Below are positions 63,401 to 64,000 of a stretch of 64,000 nucleotides of DNA, in pieces. Below the pieces are notes generated by a model, which saw only the letters and a program-made list of their open reading frames with translations, ran no database searches and was not told the DNA's origin. The translations under genes were made by a program, and so were the position numbers. Source of the stretch: Podarcis muralis (lineage: Eukaryota); contig NC_135655.1 in NCBI RefSeq assembly GCF_964188315.1, positions 29,636,001-29,700,000 on the forward strand. The letters are read 5' to 3'. Each line of letters begins with the position of its first letter. Position 1 is the first letter of the stretch.

Positions 63401-64000
63401 ATTTTTTTGTAAAGATGTAAAGTTTCTGTTCATCTGAGCAGATAAGCACTAATGTAAGAGGGATCTTTTATGCTAAGCCCAGGTTAAGGAAGGAATTATA
63501 AAATTAGTTGTTGAGACTTTATCACAACAAGCAGTGCTTTTTTCTTTAAACATATTTAGGGGTACTCTCATTTTCCTACTCATATTGAAATAATGCCCCT
63601 CAATGAGGCCAAACTTTAGATTCACAAAATGTTTAGGGGTATGCATACCCCTGCGTCCCCCCACAAAAAAGCACTGACAACAAGCATTTACTTACTGCTT
63701 TGGATAGTTTTCTGAAAATCTTTAAAATTGAACAAAAGGGCAGGGCAACAAAATTACAGTACCTGTAAAATGATTTAGCAAATCACTTCCAGAACTTAAA
63801 TGTTCAGAACTGGCTTTCTAAAATCGTTTTAAGAACCAGTACCCCTGGATTCCTCCTGATGACCCATAGACTCACCAAGCTGGGGCTGATGAGCTGAAGT
63901 CCAACAACTGCTGCAGCTGGTGGTGTCAAGCAACTATTTTTTCTCTCTCACTCACTCATTCACACCCCCCCACACCCTACCTCAGAGATGAAAATGCTGG

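Noticed and set aside
60460-64000. TMED8 exon 2 candidates (acceptors near 61646 and 63833)
   Set aside because: Both hit a stop in the required phase; exon 2 probably lies beyond the window.

Overview
Vertebrate genomic DNA, most likely a squamate and probably a lacertid lizard (inferred from a full-length Sauria-type SINE with an (ACCTTT)n tail, Squam3-like SINEs and a Bov-B fragment). The window holds the conserved gene block ISM2(+, last two exons) - AHSA1(-, 9 coding exons, 340 aa) - VIPAS39(+, 19 coding exons, 490 aa) - NOXRED1(+, 6 exons, 381 aa) - SAMD15(-, 3 exons, 292 aa) - TMED8(+, exon 1 only). This is the same order I recall for human 14q24.3. All exons were assembled by hand; each intron is GT-AG and each frame is continuous. 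Two CpG-island bidirectional promoters (AHSA1/VIPAS39, SAMD15/TMED8) and many small transposons are present. The most unusual feature is a family of TA-flanked, CAGTGGTACC-ended non-autonomous Tc1/mariner(pogo/Tigger)-type elements. Three copies share the same ends but carry different cargo built almost wholly from hairpin modules. One holds a palindromic ~105-bp array whose spacers occur in both orientations. One holds a G-rich 120-bp higher-order array whose hairpins show compensatory changes. One holds a short AT-rich, possibly captured fragment. Gene identities come from recalled vertebrate protein sequences and synteny; no database search was run.
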